Positions 33,892 to 44,642 of a DNA stretch of 64,000 bases are shown one piece after another (positions within the stretch are counted from its first letter, which is position 1; the number at the start of each line of letters is the position of its first letter). Source of the DNA: Oceanicaulis sp. (GTDB lineage: Bacteria; Pseudomonadota; Alphaproteobacteria; Caulobacterales; Maricaulaceae). Location: positions 310,853-374,852 of the forward strand of contig NZ_JBHYFH010000003.1 in the NCBI RefSeq assembly GCF_051859625.1. Reading direction: 5' to 3'. The notes below the pieces were generated by a model. It was not told the DNA's origin and did no database searches. It saw only the letters and a program-made list of their open reading frames with translations. The position numbers and the translations under genes are program-made.

Positions 33892-36231
33892 ATGCTGTCT
33901 AACTTTCCGATCACTTGGCGCATGATCGCGTCGGTTCTTTTGCCGATCCTGGCCTTGCTGTTTTTCGCCTCGAGCCTCGTGCTCAAGGACTGGCGCCTGG
34001 CCGAGCAGATGAAGGTCGCTGAGGAAGCGACGGCGTTCACCCGCGACATCAGCCAGCTGGTGCATGAACTGCAACGCGAACGCGGCCGCTCCGCCGGGTT
34101 TGTGGGCAGCGGGGGCGAAACCACCTATCGCCGTTTGATGGACGAACAGCGCGACGCCACGGATACCGCATTGGCAGCCTATATGGCGGCGCGCCGCGAG
34201 GTGACAGACACCCTGACCGACCCGGTCCTGCAATCGAAACTGCAGGAAATCGATGCCCAGCTCTCTGAACTCGATGCGCACCGGAGCCAGGTCAATACGC
34301 TGTCCTTCGGACTGGGCGATACGGTGCGGCCCTACACCCAGACCATTTCCAACATGCTCGAAACCGTAGCGGAACTGGCCCATGCTTCGGGGTCAGGCGA
34401 GCTGTCCACGCGCATGGTCGGTCTGCTGAACATCATGAACGCCAAGGAGAACGCCGGCATCGAACGCGCGGTGGGCTCCAACATCTATGCCTCCGGCCAG
34501 ATCAATCCCGCCCTGCACCAGCGCGCCCTGCGGCTGATCTCGAACCAGGAGGCGTTTTTCCTGGAATTCCGGGAGCTTCTGGGCCGGGAATGGTCCCAGC
34601 GTCTGGATGATGTCCTCGCCCGGCCCGAATCCATCGCCGTTGCCGACGCCCGGGAAAACCTGATCGCAGCGGGCTATGGCGCGCCGCTGGCCGACATGGC
34701 CGGCAGCGAATGGTTCGCACTGACCACCGAACGCATTGAAATGCTGATGGATGTGGAAGAGGCGCTGGCCCAGGACATCATCACCTTCGCCAGAATCACC
34801 CAGGACCGGGCGCGCAACAATGCCCTGTTTGAAATGGCGCTGACGATATTGGTCCTTGTCCTGACCATTGCGGGGACCAGCGTGCTGATGAGCTCGGTGG
34901 TCGTCCCCCTGGGCAAGATCACCGAATCCCTGAGCCAACTCGCCGCCGGGGAAAATGATGTCGAGATCGAAGGCGCCCGCCGCAAGGACGAAATCGGGGT
35001 GCTGGCTCGCACCGCCGTGTCCTTCCAGCAGGCGACAGCGGCCCGTGAAGAGGCGGTGCGCGAACAGACCCGCCTGGAACAGGCCGCCATGCAGGAACGT
35101 CGGCGTGTCCTGAGCGAAATGGCGAAAAAGGTGGAGGCCGCCACTTTGGAATCCGTGGGATCGGTGGCTCAGACCGCCCAGTCCCTGGCGACCAGCAGCG
35201 AAACAATCCGCACCACCCTCGCCAATGCCGGCCAGACGGCTGACCAGGTCACCCAGGCCACCGAACAGAACGTCAAGCATTCCGGCCGCGCTTCCGAGCT
35301 GGCGTCAGAGCTGACCTCCGCCATCGGGGAAGTGACCCAGCAGATCACACGCGGCGACCAGATGGCGCGTGACGCCATCGGCGAAGCGGAACGCTCGCGC
35401 CAGAGCGTTGAGGAACTGAATGAAGCCGCCCAGCAGATCAGCGATTTCATCGGTCTGATCACCGATATCGCCGAGCAGACCAACCTGCTGGCGCTGAACG
35501 CCACCATTGAAGCCGCTCGCGCCGGTGATGCCGGCAAGGGCTTTGCGGTGGTCGCCAGCGAGGTGAAGGCCCTGGCGGCGCAAACCAACCAGTCCACCAC
35601 CCAGATTGCCGAGCGGGTCGCCCATATCCAGAGCCGCACCCAGTCCACGGTGGAGGCCATGAACGCGATTACCAGCTCGATCGAGACCATTGGTGAAGTG
35701 ACCGCTTCAGTCGCCGCAGCCATGGAGGAGCAATCCGCCTCGACCGGCTCCCTGTCCCAGTTCGTGGAACAGAACAGCCAAGCCATGACCCGCGTCAGCG
35801 AACATATCGCTCAGCTGGTGGAAATGAGCAATCAATCCAGCAAGGACGCCGAGGAAATGGCCAAGCTGGTCGGCACGGTCTCCCACCGCGCTGAAGAGGC
35901 CAACACCAGTATTCCCAAGATTGTCCGGGATTCGGTCAAAGCGGCGGAAAACCGTAAGGAAGACCGCATTCCGACCAATTACAATGCGACCCTTCTGATC
36001 GACAACGAAGAACAGGATATCTGCATCCTGAACGCCTCAACCAACGGCATGCGGGTCATCTGCAAGGACATCCGCAAGGGGCAGACCGTCAAGCTGACCA
36101 GCCCGGTCGTGACCGAATCCGCCACGGTCGCCTGGGTCAAGGACGGCGAAGCCGGCCTCAAATTCATCACCCCGGTCACCGCAGACGCCCTGCAGGCGCT
36201 GCTGGATGCAGGAGCGGAAATGGCGGCCTGA
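33892..36231 (+). CDS. Methyl-accepting chemotaxis protein, NIT sensor + HAMP + C-terminal PilZ
   Basis: [13 protein letters not shown] (NIT), RKDEIGVLA (HAMP), [25 protein letters not shown]...NASTNG (PilZ). Confidence 0.88.
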   Translation: MLSNFPITWRMIASVLLPILALLFFASSLVLKDWRLAEQMKVAEEATAFTRDISQLVHELQRERGRSAGFVGSGGETTYRRLMDEQRDATDTALAAYMAARREVTDTLTDPVLQSKLQEIDAQLSELDAHRSQVNTLSFGLGDTVRPYTQTISNMLETVAELAHASGSGELSTRMVGLLNIMNAKENAGIERAVGSNIYASGQINPALHQRALRLISNQEAFFLEFRELLGREWSQRLDDVLARPESIAVADARENLIAAGYGAPLADMAGSEWFALTTERIEMLMDVEEALAQDIITFARITQDRARNNALFEMALTILVLVLTIAGTSVLMSSVVVPLGKITESLSQLAAGENDVEIEGARRKDEIGVLARTAVSFQQATAAREEAVREQTRLEQAAMQERRRVLSEMAKKVEAATLESVGSVAQTAQSLATSSETIRTTLANAGQTADQVTQATEQNVKHSGRASELASELTSAIGEVTQQITRGDQMARDAIGEAERSRQSVEELNEAAQQISDFIGLITDIAEQTNLLALNATIEAARAGDAGKGFAVVASEVKALAAQTNQSTTQIAERVAHIQSRTQSTVEAMNAITSSIETIGEVTASVAAAMEEQSASTGSLSQFVEQNSQAMTRVSEHIAQLVEMSNQSSKDAEEMAKLVGTVSHRAEEANTSIPKIVRDSVKAAENRKEDRIPTNYNATLLIDNEEQDICILNASTNGMRVICKDIRKGQTVKLTSPVVTESATVAWVKDGEAGLKFITPVTADALQALLDAGAEMAA

Positions 36232-36237
36232 TCTGTC

Positions 36238-36828
36238 TCACCCCGGCTTCGAGCCTTGTACTTCCAGTTCGAACAGGCGTTTGAGATGCTCGGTTGCTTG
36301 AGACACACTCATGTCTGGATCTGCGCTGAGAATAAGGCCGGCCAGACCATCGCGCATGGCTTCCAGCCGCACGGCGGTTGCGGCTGCGTCGCGCAGGAAC
36401 CAGGCTTGCTCAACCATTCCCTCTTGCAATAACGCCGTCACCCTGTCGCGCATCTGGACGCGAATACGCCCCAGCGCCTCCGCGATAGGAGCGTCCCCCG
36501 GCGCCAGACGCTCCGCCTCCAGCCACAGCTTCCAGAACAACCGCGCTTCTGAGGCGAACGCCTCGTCCAGAAACCGGTCCATGGCGCCTCGCGGCGTTTC
36601 CCCTGTTCGCCAGAGGTCTTGCACAACGGCCTGGAAGATCATTTCCCAGGCTGCAGCCCGCAAGTCCGGCCATTTGAAATAATGGTTGAGAAGTCCCGTT
36701 CCGACCTTGGCGCGGTCCGTAACCATGCGCGTCTGCGCCTCGGCCAGACCCTTTTCGTAGATGACTTCGGCGGCTGCCTGGAAAATCCGGTCCCGGCCTC
36801 CGCCGCGTGAAGATTTCGTATCGTTCAT
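36238..36828 (-). CDS. TetR family regulator (BetI-like)
   Basis: RIFQAAAEVIYEKGL...VTDRAKVGTGLLNHYF. Confidence 0.85.
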   Translation of the reverse strand: MNDTKSSRGGGRDRIFQAAAEVIYEKGLAEAQTRMVTDRAKVGTGLLNHYFKWPDLRAAAWEMIFQAVVQDLWRTGETPRGAMDRFLDEAFASEARLFWKLWLEAERLAPGDAPIAEALGRIRVQMRDRVTALLQEGMVEQAWFLRDAAATAVRLEAMRDGLAGLILSADPDMSVSQATEHLKRLFELEVQGSKPG

Positions 36829-36844
36829 TCAAACCTCATTGACC

Positions 36845-36883
36845 ATTGAGCGACCGCTCAATAACGTTGAGCAGCCGCTCAAT
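36845..36883. promoter_or_regulatory. Two tandem TetR-type operators
   Basis: ATTGAGCG-AC-CGCTCAAT (perfect) and TTGAGC-AGCC-GCTCAA in the divergent intergenic region. Confidence 0.75.
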
Positions 36884-36894
36884 TGGAGTTCTTC

Positions 36895-38040
36895 ATGACC
36901 ACGCCGGATCGCAACGCCATCGTTGACACCTTACGCACCGCCGCGCTGATCGGCATCTGCGTCGTGAACCTGCCCTATATGGCGCTGCCCGAGGCGCAGA
37001 CACTCTCTGTTGCGCAAGCCGAACCTGACCAGATCGCCGCAATGGTCACATCCGTCTTCTTTGAAGCCAAGTTCTTCATCCTGTTCTCTTTCCTGTTCGG
37101 GTGGGGCATGGACATCCAGCACCGCGCCGCAGAACGCGCGGGAGCTGACCCAGGTCGGCGTCATTGGCGGCGCATGGTCATGCTGGCGATGATCGGCGTG
37201 TTACACGCCGTTTTCGTATTCTCTGGAGATATTCTCTTACTCTACAGCCTGGTCGGCAGCCTGATCTGGCCCTTGCGGCGCGCCTCTCCCGGCAAGCTGA
37301 TACGCTTCGCTCTGGTCATGATTGCGCTCAGCCTTGTCTGTCTTATGGCCATCAGCGCCGCCCTGGCGGTCTCCCCGCCCATACTGGCAGACGCTGGCTC
37401 CGGCCTGGCGGGCGGCTATATCGAGACCGTATTGGCGCGCCTCATCGCCTGGCCGGAAACCCTGGTCTTCCTGATACTGTTTCAGGGCCCGTTGGCCGCC
37501 GGTGCTTTCGCCGCAGGACTCGCCGCTGCAAAGCTGGATGTGCTGGACCCTCAAGCTACGCGCTGGGGCAGACGCTGCGCGTTCGCCCTTCCCGTCCTAC
37601 TCGCCATCGGACTGCCCTTGAATATCGCCTATGGCTTGGTCGCCAGCGGACCTGGGTTGGGCTGGGGAGGCCTGGCCGACCTCGCCGGCTTCCTGTCGAT
37701 CGCGGTCGGCGGACCGGTTCTGACCCTCGCCTATATCTGCATCATCCGGCTGGCGGGCGATCATCTGAAGCTCCCCGCCCTTCTGGTCCTGGCTGGGCGC
37801 AACTCTCTCTCCAGCTATGTGCTTCAGGGCGTGCTGGCCGGACTGGTCTTCGGCGGCTATGGGCTGGGCCTGTTCGGACAGTTCGGACAAGCCTGGCTGC
37901 TGCCGATCAGCATCGCTCTGGCGCTGGTCTCCATGATGCTCGTAGGCCTGTGCGCCAGGCTCACAGGTCGAGGTCCGCTGGAGTTCGTGCTTCGACGCGT
38001 CACTTACGACGCCGGTGAGTCCAGCTCGGCAAAGGCGTGA
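36895..38040 (+). CDS. DUF418/YeiB family membrane protein
   Basis: RNAIVDTLR, KFFILFSFLFGWG, GDILLLY, GRNSLSSYVLQ, RGPLEFVLRRVTY. Confidence 0.88.
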   Translation: MTTPDRNAIVDTLRTAALIGICVVNLPYMALPEAQTLSVAQAEPDQIAAMVTSVFFEAKFFILFSFLFGWGMDIQHRAAERAGADPGRRHWRRMVMLAMIGVLHAVFVFSGDILLLYSLVGSLIWPLRRASPGKLIRFALVMIALSLVCLMAISAALAVSPPILADAGSGLAGGYIETVLARLIAWPETLVFLILFQGPLAAGAFAAGLAAAKLDVLDPQATRWGRRCAFALPVLLAIGLPLNIAYGLVASGPGLGWGGLADLAGFLSIAVGGPVLTLAYICIIRLAGDHLKLPALLVLAGRNSLSSYVLQGVLAGLVFGGYGLGLFGQFGQAWLLPISIALALVSMMLVGLCARLTGRGPLEFVLRRVTYDAGESSSAKA

Positions 38041-38630
38041 CTGTCATGAAGCGTGTGTTCCCGGGGCTCGTCGCCACTTGCGCCATCCTCTGCGGTTGCG
38101 CCACCCCCTCCCCTCCTCCGGATCGGTCAGAGCATATAGAGCGCATGTCCGGCGTCTGGCGTCTGCCGAATGAACAAGGTTGGGTCGATCTTGGCCCGTG
38201 TCCTGAGACCCCGGACCAGCTGTGCGGCGTCCTGACCGGCTTTGACGGCGACCCTGAAGCCCGCGACTTCAACCATCCCGACTTCTGGTCCTGGGGCGAA
38301 CGGCTCTGCGGCGCTGCTGTGGTTCAATCCGCGACGCTGGACGCCGAAGCGGGCGTCTGGCGCGGTCACGTATATTGGCGCGCCGATGGGCAGATACTGG
38401 ACGCCGAACTGACCCAGACGGGCGAAGACACGCTTGAGGTTCTGTTGTTTGAAGGCGCGGACCTTGATGAAGGCGTCTCCATGGCGGTCTCCACCCTACT
38501 GGGCAGCCCGCCAGATCCCTTTGACCTCACCTATTATTCCGTGCGCGCCGCCATAGGCCGCGACGCGTTGAGCCAGTCACAGCACTGGCATCGGGACACG
38601 CCGCCCGCCAATCTTATCTGCACGCCCTGA
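38037..38630 (+). CDS. DUF2147-like lipoprotein
   Basis: ILCGC lipobox; GVWR...VDLGPC...LCGVL. Confidence 0.65.
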   Translation: MTVMKRVFPGLVATCAILCGCATPSPPPDRSEHIERMSGVWRLPNEQGWVDLGPCPETPDQLCGVLTGFDGDPEARDFNHPDFWSWGERLCGAAVVQSATLDAEAGVWRGHVYWRADGQILDAELTQTGEDTLEVLLFEGADLDEGVSMAVSTLLGSPPDPFDLTYYSVRAAIGRDALSQSQHWHRDTPPANLICTP

Positions 38631-38681
38631 GGCCGGTTTTAGGCCATTGACGCGACAGGAGGATTGCGGCTCATTGCGGCC

Positions 38682-39704
38682 ATGAACTTCCTGTCCGACA
38701 CCACCGCACCCGCCCATCCCGCCCTGCTGGACGCGCTCGCCCGCGCGAACGAGGGCTTCGTCCCCAGCTACGGAGCCGACCCGGTCAGCCAGACTGTGAA
38801 GCGCCAACTCTGCGAGCTGTTCGAGACAGAGCTTGAGGTGGTCTTCACCGTCTCGGGAACGGCCTCCAATGCACTGGCCCTGTCGGTGTTGTCTCCGCCG
38901 GACGCCATGGTGCTGTGTCATGACGAAGCGCACATCCATCGTGATGAACGCGGCGCGCCTGAGTTTTTCACGCGCGGCGCCAAAGTGCTGCCGCTGGCGG
39001 GCGAGCACGCCAAAATCCATCCTCAGGCGCTGGCCGATGCGCTGAAACAATGGCCCAGTGATTTCGTCCACGCCACGCCGCCCGCCGTGCTCAGCCTGTC
39101 CCAGCTCAACGAGTCCGGATGCGCGTACACGCTGGGCGAACTCGACGCCTTGATCGGCCAGGCGAAAGCGCGCGATCTGTTCGTGCACATGGACGGTGCG
39201 CGCTTTTCCAACGCGCTGGTCTCGCTGAGCTGTACGCCCGCCGAGATGACCTGGAAACGCGGCGTGGACGCGCTGAGCCTCGGCGCCACCAAGAACGGCG
39301 TCATGGCCAGCGAAGCGATTATCTTGTTTCCTTCAGTGCAGGATCGCCTGCCACACCTTCTCGCCAATCAGAAGCGCGCCGGTCTGATGCTGCCCAAGAT
39401 GCGCTATGTGTCCGCCCAGATGGGCGCCTGGCTGGAGAAGGATCTCTGGCTAGAGCTGGCGCGACGGGCCAACGCCGCGGCGAAGCGTCTGTCAGACGGG
39501 CTGGCGGCCGTAGACGGCGCCGCGCTGGTGCATCCCACCAACGGCAATGAAGTCTTTATTCGCCTGGAGGACGCGCTCGCGGCTCGCCTGCGCGAGGCGG
39601 GCGCAGGCTTCTACAGCTGGCCGGACGGCTCAGCCCGCTTCGTGACGAGCTGGTGTACGACGGACGCAGACATCAGCGCCTTGCTGGAAGCTGCGCATTC
39701 ATAG
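38682..39704 (+). CDS. ltaE: Low-specificity L-threonine aldolase
   Basis: MNFLSDT, SYGAD, GTASNAL, AHIHRDERGAPEF, HMDGARFSNA, GATKNG. Confidence 0.88.
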   Translation: MNFLSDTTAPAHPALLDALARANEGFVPSYGADPVSQTVKRQLCELFETELEVVFTVSGTASNALALSVLSPPDAMVLCHDEAHIHRDERGAPEFFTRGAKVLPLAGEHAKIHPQALADALKQWPSDFVHATPPAVLSLSQLNESGCAYTLGELDALIGQAKARDLFVHMDGARFSNALVSLSCTPAEMTWKRGVDALSLGATKNGVMASEAIILFPSVQDRLPHLLANQKRAGLMLPKMRYVSAQMGAWLEKDLWLELARRANAAAKRLSDGLAAVDGAALVHPTNGNEVFIRLEDALAARLREAGAGFYSWPDGSARFVTSWCTTDADISALLEAAHS

Positions 39705-39779
39705 CGCGTATCGCTAACCGTAATCATAGCCTCTAAGGCAGAAGCGGCTCACAAGACCGCCTCTGCCTCAGCGGATGGC

Positions 39780-40070
39780 TTAAAGGCCAAACTCAGAACA
39801 ATCGAAGATCTCGGGTATGCCGCTGCTATCGCGGCAAACCACTGCTCCGCAACTCAATTCACCTGTGATGGGATCGGGCAGCCAGAAGACTTCACAGTTA
39901 CTGGGCACACCGCTTCCTGTACGAATACGAGCGATCTCATCCGAGCTCAAGCGTTTGGACACTGAACTACTCTGCTCGCTCTGGATGGGCTGGTTCTCGA
40001 CCTTGTCAGCCCCGTCAGAACCCAATGCGCCTAGCGCCAAAGCCAATGAAACGGCGAATACTGAAAGCAT
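39780..40070 (-). CDS. Small secreted four-Cys protein, paralog 1 (96 aa)
   Basis: GAGGAG RBS, signal peptide, clear paralogy with 40253..40540. Confidence 0.8.
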   Translation of the reverse strand: MLSVFAVSLALALGALGSDGADKVENQPIQSEQSSSVSKRLSSDEIARIRTGSGVPSNCEVFWLPDPITGELSCGAVVCRDSSGIPEIFDCSEFGL

Positions 40071-40212
40071 GAGACACTCCTCTCGGGTCAAAAAGACACG
40101 ACTCAGAAACGGAGCTTTCAAGGCTCACAAGAGTCCGCAAGCGATCAAACAACCTTACAGACGCCCATCCAAGCCACTGATAAAAAGACACAACCGAAAC
40201 CAAGCGGTCCGT

Positions 40213-40242
40213 GTCGGGGACGGCGGTCTCCGCGTCCCCGAC
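40213..40242 (-). terminator. GC-rich hairpin between the paralogs
   Basis: GTCGGGGACG...CGTCCCCGAC, no strong U-tract. Confidence 0.45.
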
Positions 40243-40252
40243 CCGAGAACCG

Positions 40253-40540
40253 CTAGAGTCCGAACTCCCAGCATTCATGTAGGGACCAGACACCGCCCGG
40301 CGGGCGGCAGATGACATAGTCGCACTGCTGGTCGCCTGTAACCGGCTCCAGGCCGGAATAAGCTTCGCAATACGATGGCAGCTGGCCGGGGATCAGGCGC
40401 GTCAGCTCCGCCGAACTCAATCGCTTGGACAAGTCCACGGTCTGCTCGGCCTGTGCGGGCTGCACCGGGACTTTATCCTTGAAATCGGCGTCCGGCGCGC
40501 TGAAGGACAGCGCCATGGAGACAGTGATGAGCGTAAGCAT
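40253..40540 (-). CDS. Small secreted four-Cys protein, paralog 2 (95 aa)
   Basis: GGGAG RBS; shares SKRLSSxE, PSxCE, PxTG, CxxVxC and CxEFGL with paralog 1. Confidence 0.8.
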   Translation of the reverse strand: MLTLITVSMALSFSAPDADFKDKVPVQPAQAEQTVDLSKRLSSAELTRLIPGQLPSYCEAYSGLEPVTGDQQCDYVICRPPGGVWSLHECWEFGL

Positions 40541-40632
40541 GTCGGTCACTCCCTATTCAATCAAGAAGGGAACCGTGACACGGATTACGGGAAATACAAT
40601 CCCTTAAACGCGAATTTTTCAACCAGCAGGGG

Positions 40633-41142
40633 TTAGCCCTTGCCTTCTTCCTTATCGCCGATACGGCGGAAGGGACCGGCATAGCGCGGGTCCTGGCGGC
40701 GACGGCGGTCAGGTCCGAAATAGCCCGGCGTCTTCACAAAGCGACGCGGCTTTTCGATCAGCGTCACCAGGCGATTATACAGATCCACCGGCCGGACCGG
40801 CTTGGCGAGATATTCGTTCACGCCCGCATTTATCGCCTCAAAGACTTTCGAGCGGTCGGTATGGCCTGACACCATGACGATCGGCAGATATTTGTTCGGG
40901 CTGTCGGACGCGGTTCGGATCAGCCGGGTGAATTCCAGCCCGTCCACATCGCCGAGCATGTAATCGACCAGCGCCAGATCCGGATTGGCGTTGCGCATCA
41001 GCTCGAAAGCGTCCGCCGCATCGCGGGTCTCGATCACCGAGCGCACCCCGAAGCCCTGCAGAATCGTGCGCAGGATCGAGGACATGTGGGCGTTATCCTC
41101 AACGATGAGCACCCGAATTCGTTCAAAACTGCCTTGAGACAT
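40633..41142 (-). CDS. CheY-like receiver with Arg-rich tail (Cle-like)
   Basis: LIVEDN, ALVDYML, LAKP; tail YFGPDRRRR...YAGPFRR. Confidence 0.8.
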   Translation of the reverse strand: MSQGSFERIRVLIVEDNAHMSSILRTILQGFGVRSVIETRDAADAFELMRNANPDLALVDYMLGDVDGLEFTRLIRTASDSPNKYLPIVMVSGHTDRSKVFEAINAGVNEYLAKPVRPVDLYNRLVTLIEKPRRFVKTPGYFGPDRRRRQDPRYAGPFRRIGDKEEGKG

Positions 41143-41264
41143 GGCGCTTTAGCGACCCTGCTGATTGACGTCCGTGACCCGCACCTTGCCTCACAAACGG
41201 TTAAACAAGACTTGCAGCTCCGCACCCCCTGTTCAAGCCGTTGCAGCGCCCCCATATTGCCCCC

Positions 41265-43448
41265 ATGCCCAAGCTGACCCGTGATGATAGCGCCCTCGCC
41301 CCGCAAGGCGTCGAGGACATGGCCCAGGCCGATTTTGTTCAGGACCAGGCCGTGTCCGGATCCATCAAGGATCCGCTGAGCCTGCCCGCGAACTGGACCC
41401 CGCACCGTCCCGACCGCCCGGACAAATCGGAAGGCGGTCAGAAATTCCAGATGGTGTCCGACTATGAACCCGCCGGCGACCAGCCCCATGCGATCGCGGA
41501 GCTGGTGGAGGGGGTCAATCAGTCGGAGAAGGACCAGGTTCTCCTCGGAGTCACCGGCTCCGGCAAGACGTTCACCATGGCGAAAGTGATTGAAAACGTT
41601 CAGCGTCCCGCTTTGATCCTGGCGCCGAACAAAACCCTGGCGGCGCAGTTGTACGGCGAGTTCAAGGCGTATTTTCCCCATAATGCGGTGGAGTATTTCG
41701 TCTCCTACTACGACTACTACCAGCCCGAAGCCTATGTGCCGCGCACGGACACCTTCATCGAGAAGGAGTCCACCATCAACGAGGCCATCGACCGGATGCG
41801 CCACGCCGCCACCCGCGCGATCCTGGAGCGCGACGACGTCATCATCGTCGCCTCGGTGTCTTGCATTTACGGCATCGGCTCGGTTGAGACCTATACCGCC
41901 ATGGTATTCGATCTGGAGGTGGGGGCGGAGAAAGACCCCCGCCAGGTCATGCGCGACCTCGTCTCGCTGCAGTACACAAGAAACGACGCCGCCTTCCAGC
42001 GCGGCACGTTCCGCTTGCGCGGCGACGTGCTGGAGATCTTCCCCGCCCACTATGACGCCCGCGCCTGGCGCATCAGCTTTTTCGGCGACGAGATCGAATC
42101 CATCACCGAGTTCGACGCCCTGACCGGCCATCCGATCAGCACGCTTGAGAAGGTCCGCGTCTACGCGAACTCGCACTATGTCACCCCGCGCCCGACGCTG
42201 AACCAGGCCATTGTCAGCATCAAGAAGGAACTCCAGGAGCGCCTTGAATGGATGGAGGCCAACGGCAAGCTCTTGGAGGCCCAGCGCCTGCAACAGCGCA
42301 CCGAGTTCGACCTTGAAATGCTCGAGGCCACAGGCTCGTGCATGGGGATCGAGAACTATTCGCGCTATCTCACCGGCCGCAAGCCCGGCGAGCCGCCCCC
42401 CACCATGTTTGAATACATGCCCGACAACGCGCTGGTCTTCATCGACGAAAGCCATGTCACCGTGCCCCAGCTGGGCGCGATGTACAAAGGCGACTTCAGC
42501 CGCAAGCGCACCCTGGCCGAGCACGGCTTCCGCCTGCCCTCATGCCTGGATAACCGCCCCCTCAAATTCGAGGAATGGGAGGCCATGCGCCCGCAAACCC
42601 TGCACGTCTCCGCGACTCCGGGCAAATGGGAGCTGAACCAGACCGGCGGCGTCTTCACCGAACAGGTCATCCGCCCCACCGGCCTGATCGACCCGCCCGT
42701 GGAAGTGCGCCCGGTGCAGACAGACACCTCCAGCCAGGTCGACGACATCATCGAGGAGGCCCGCAAGGCCGCCGAGAAGGGCTTTCGCACCCTCATCACC
42801 ACCCTCACCAAGAAAATGGCCGAGGACCTCACCGAATACATGCATGAGCAGGGGCTGAAGGTCCGCTACATGCACTCGGACATCGACACCGTGGAGCGGA
42901 TCGAGCTGATCCGCGATCTGCGCCTGGGCGAATACGACGTCCTTGTCGGCATCAACTTGCTGCGCGAGGGCCTCGACATCCCCGAATGCGGCCTTGTGGG
43001 CATTCTCGATGCGGACAAGGAAGGCTTCCTGCGCTCTGAAACCTCGCTCGTTCAGACCATTGGCCGCGCGGCAAGGAACGCCGACGCCAAGGTGATCCTC
43101 TACGCCGACCGCATCACCGGCTCCATGGAGCGGGCGATGGAGGAGACCGAGCGCCGCCGCGAAAAACAGATCGCCCACAATCTCGAGCACGGCATCACCC
43201 CGCGCACGGTGGTCCGCGGCGTCAGCGACATTCTGCAAGGCGTGATGGAGCAAACCGCCAAAGGCCGCGGGAAAAAGCGGGACAAAAAACGCTTGACGGT
43301 TGCAGAGGAGCAAGCTTCCTTTGAACCCAATAACTTGAAGGCTACAGTCGCTGACCTTGAAAAGCGTATGCGAGAAGCTGCTGCAAATCTTGAATTTGAG
43401 GAAGCAGCACGCTTAAGAGATGAAATTAAGCGCTTGAGTGAAAGCTAA
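41265..43448 (+). CDS. uvrB: Excinuclease ABC subunit B (start may be 41319)
   Basis: [53 protein letters not shown]. Confidence 0.97.
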   Translation: MPKLTRDDSALAPQGVEDMAQADFVQDQAVSGSIKDPLSLPANWTPHRPDRPDKSEGGQKFQMVSDYEPAGDQPHAIAELVEGVNQSEKDQVLLGVTGSGKTFTMAKVIENVQRPALILAPNKTLAAQLYGEFKAYFPHNAVEYFVSYYDYYQPEAYVPRTDTFIEKESTINEAIDRMRHAATRAILERDDVIIVASVSCIYGIGSVETYTAMVFDLEVGAEKDPRQVMRDLVSLQYTRNDAAFQRGTFRLRGDVLEIFPAHYDARAWRISFFGDEIESITEFDALTGHPISTLEKVRVYANSHYVTPRPTLNQAIVSIKKELQERLEWMEANGKLLEAQRLQQRTEFDLEMLEATGSCMGIENYSRYLTGRKPGEPPPTMFEYMPDNALVFIDESHVTVPQLGAMYKGDFSRKRTLAEHGFRLPSCLDNRPLKFEEWEAMRPQTLHVSATPGKWELNQTGGVFTEQVIRPTGLIDPPVEVRPVQTDTSSQVDDIIEEARKAAEKGFRTLITTLTKKMAEDLTEYMHEQGLKVRYMHSDIDTVERIELIRDLRLGEYDVLVGINLLREGLDIPECGLVGILDADKEGFLRSETSLVQTIGRAARNADAKVILYADRITGSMERAMEETERRREKQIAHNLEHGITPRTVVRGVSDILQGVMEQTAKGRGKKRDKKRLTVAEEQASFEPNNLKATVADLEKRMREAAANLEFEEAARLRDEIKRLSES

Positions 43449-43453
43449 AACTA

Positions 43454-44128
43454 ATGGCAGCAAGCAACGACAATGATAGCTCCTCACACTTTATCATTTG
43501 GATTGTATTGCTCGCATTGATTGCGATTATGGGATGGTTTTTCACCGTACTCATGGCAATGGCGGACACCAACGGACCAAATATCCTTTCAGGTCCTTCG
43601 TTTACTCTTTTAATTTCAGCGCTTTTCGGTGCTGCGACCGTAGTTTTAGCAGGAACAGCAGTAACAGTTGCCGTCGTAACTTTCTTTGGTTTCCGGCAGG
43701 TTCGTCGATCTGCTATAAGTGCAGCGGTCGAGCAATCAGTTTCACAATCAATAAGCGCTGCAACTGAGACCGCAGAATCTGAAGCCCGAAAAGCTGCGGA
43801 GGCTAAAGTTCCACTTTATGTTGAAAGTTTTTTGCGGCGTGAAATTGAGTCTAATGGGTTCATTAGAAAACACATCAGCGATCGAGTAAATAAGATTGTT
43901 GAACGACTTCTCTCACAAACTCCAGCTAAGCATTTAGATGCGTTGGTTGAGGCAAAAGTCAAAGCTGAACTTGAACGACGATCTTATAATGTTGATTTAG
44001 ATGATGCTCTTAACACATTCCCGGATACGCCATCTGGAGATGATCCTGAGAATATAAGACGAACTCGGGAAACAGGCACAAATTCAGAAGCAGAAGTATC
44101 AAACCCCGAGAGGGATAGTGATGGATAA
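43454..44128 (+). CDS. Hypothetical two-TM protein with helical cytoplasmic tail
   Basis: Two hydrophobic segments, then Ala/Glu-rich helices; 5 nt after the uvrB stop. Confidence 0.75.
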   Translation: MAASNDNDSSSHFIIWIVLLALIAIMGWFFTVLMAMADTNGPNILSGPSFTLLISALFGAATVVLAGTAVTVAVVTFFGFRQVRRSAISAAVEQSVSQSISAATETAESEARKAAEAKVPLYVESFLRREIESNGFIRKHISDRVNKIVERLLSQTPAKHLDALVEAKVKAELERRSYNVDLDDALNTFPDTPSGDDPENIRRTRETGTNSEAEVSNPERDSDG

Positions 44129-44642
44129 TGCGCTTTGGTCAAAAGTACGAAGCGATGATATCTCAGTAATTGAGCCATTCCTCACTTCAACACCGGTCTC
44201 AATGAATAAAATAGCGGAAGCTCTAGGAATACGCGTCCGGGGCGCGTCATTACCTGCTGGCGTATCTGGTGAAATCAGGCCTGTTAATCCCGGAGCGAAC
44301 GAATTCATTATTCGTGTAAATCGGCATGAATCCAAAAAAAGACAACGTTTTACTGTGGGACATGAACTTGGTCACTTTCTTCTGCATCGAGAATTGATCG
44401 GAGCTGGTCTGACGGATAATGTTTTGTACAGATCTGGCCTCAGCAATAAAAAAGAGACCGAAGCAAACAAAATTGCAGCCGATCTTCTAATGCCTAAATC
44501 ACTTCTGTTTTCAAAACTTAGAAATTATACAAGTGATAAAAGAAAACTAACGCTTGATGAGCGCCCATCTATTGTAAAATTTCTTGCTGAAGATTTTATG
44601 GTTTCCGAAGACGCCATGCGCATACAACTTGGGTGGAAATAA
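44121..44642 (+). CDS. ImmA/IrrE family Zn-metallopeptidase, no HTH
   Basis: RQRFTVGHELGHFLLH (HExxH) and ETEANKIAADLLMP. Confidence 0.88.
   Translation: MDNALWSKVRSDDISVIEPFLTSTPVSMNKIAEALGIRVRGASLPAGVSGEIRPVNPGANEFIIRVNRHESKKRQRFTVGHELGHFLLHRELIGAGLTDNVLYRSGLSNKKETEANKIAADLLMPKSLLFSKLRNYTSDKRKLTLDERPSIVKFLAEDFMVSEDAMRIQLGWK

Noticed and set aside
41150-41320. Alphaproteobacterial LexA box (GTTC-N7-GTTC) upstream of uvrB
   Set aside because: No matching site seen, so SOS control of uvrB and the island is not supported by the sequence.
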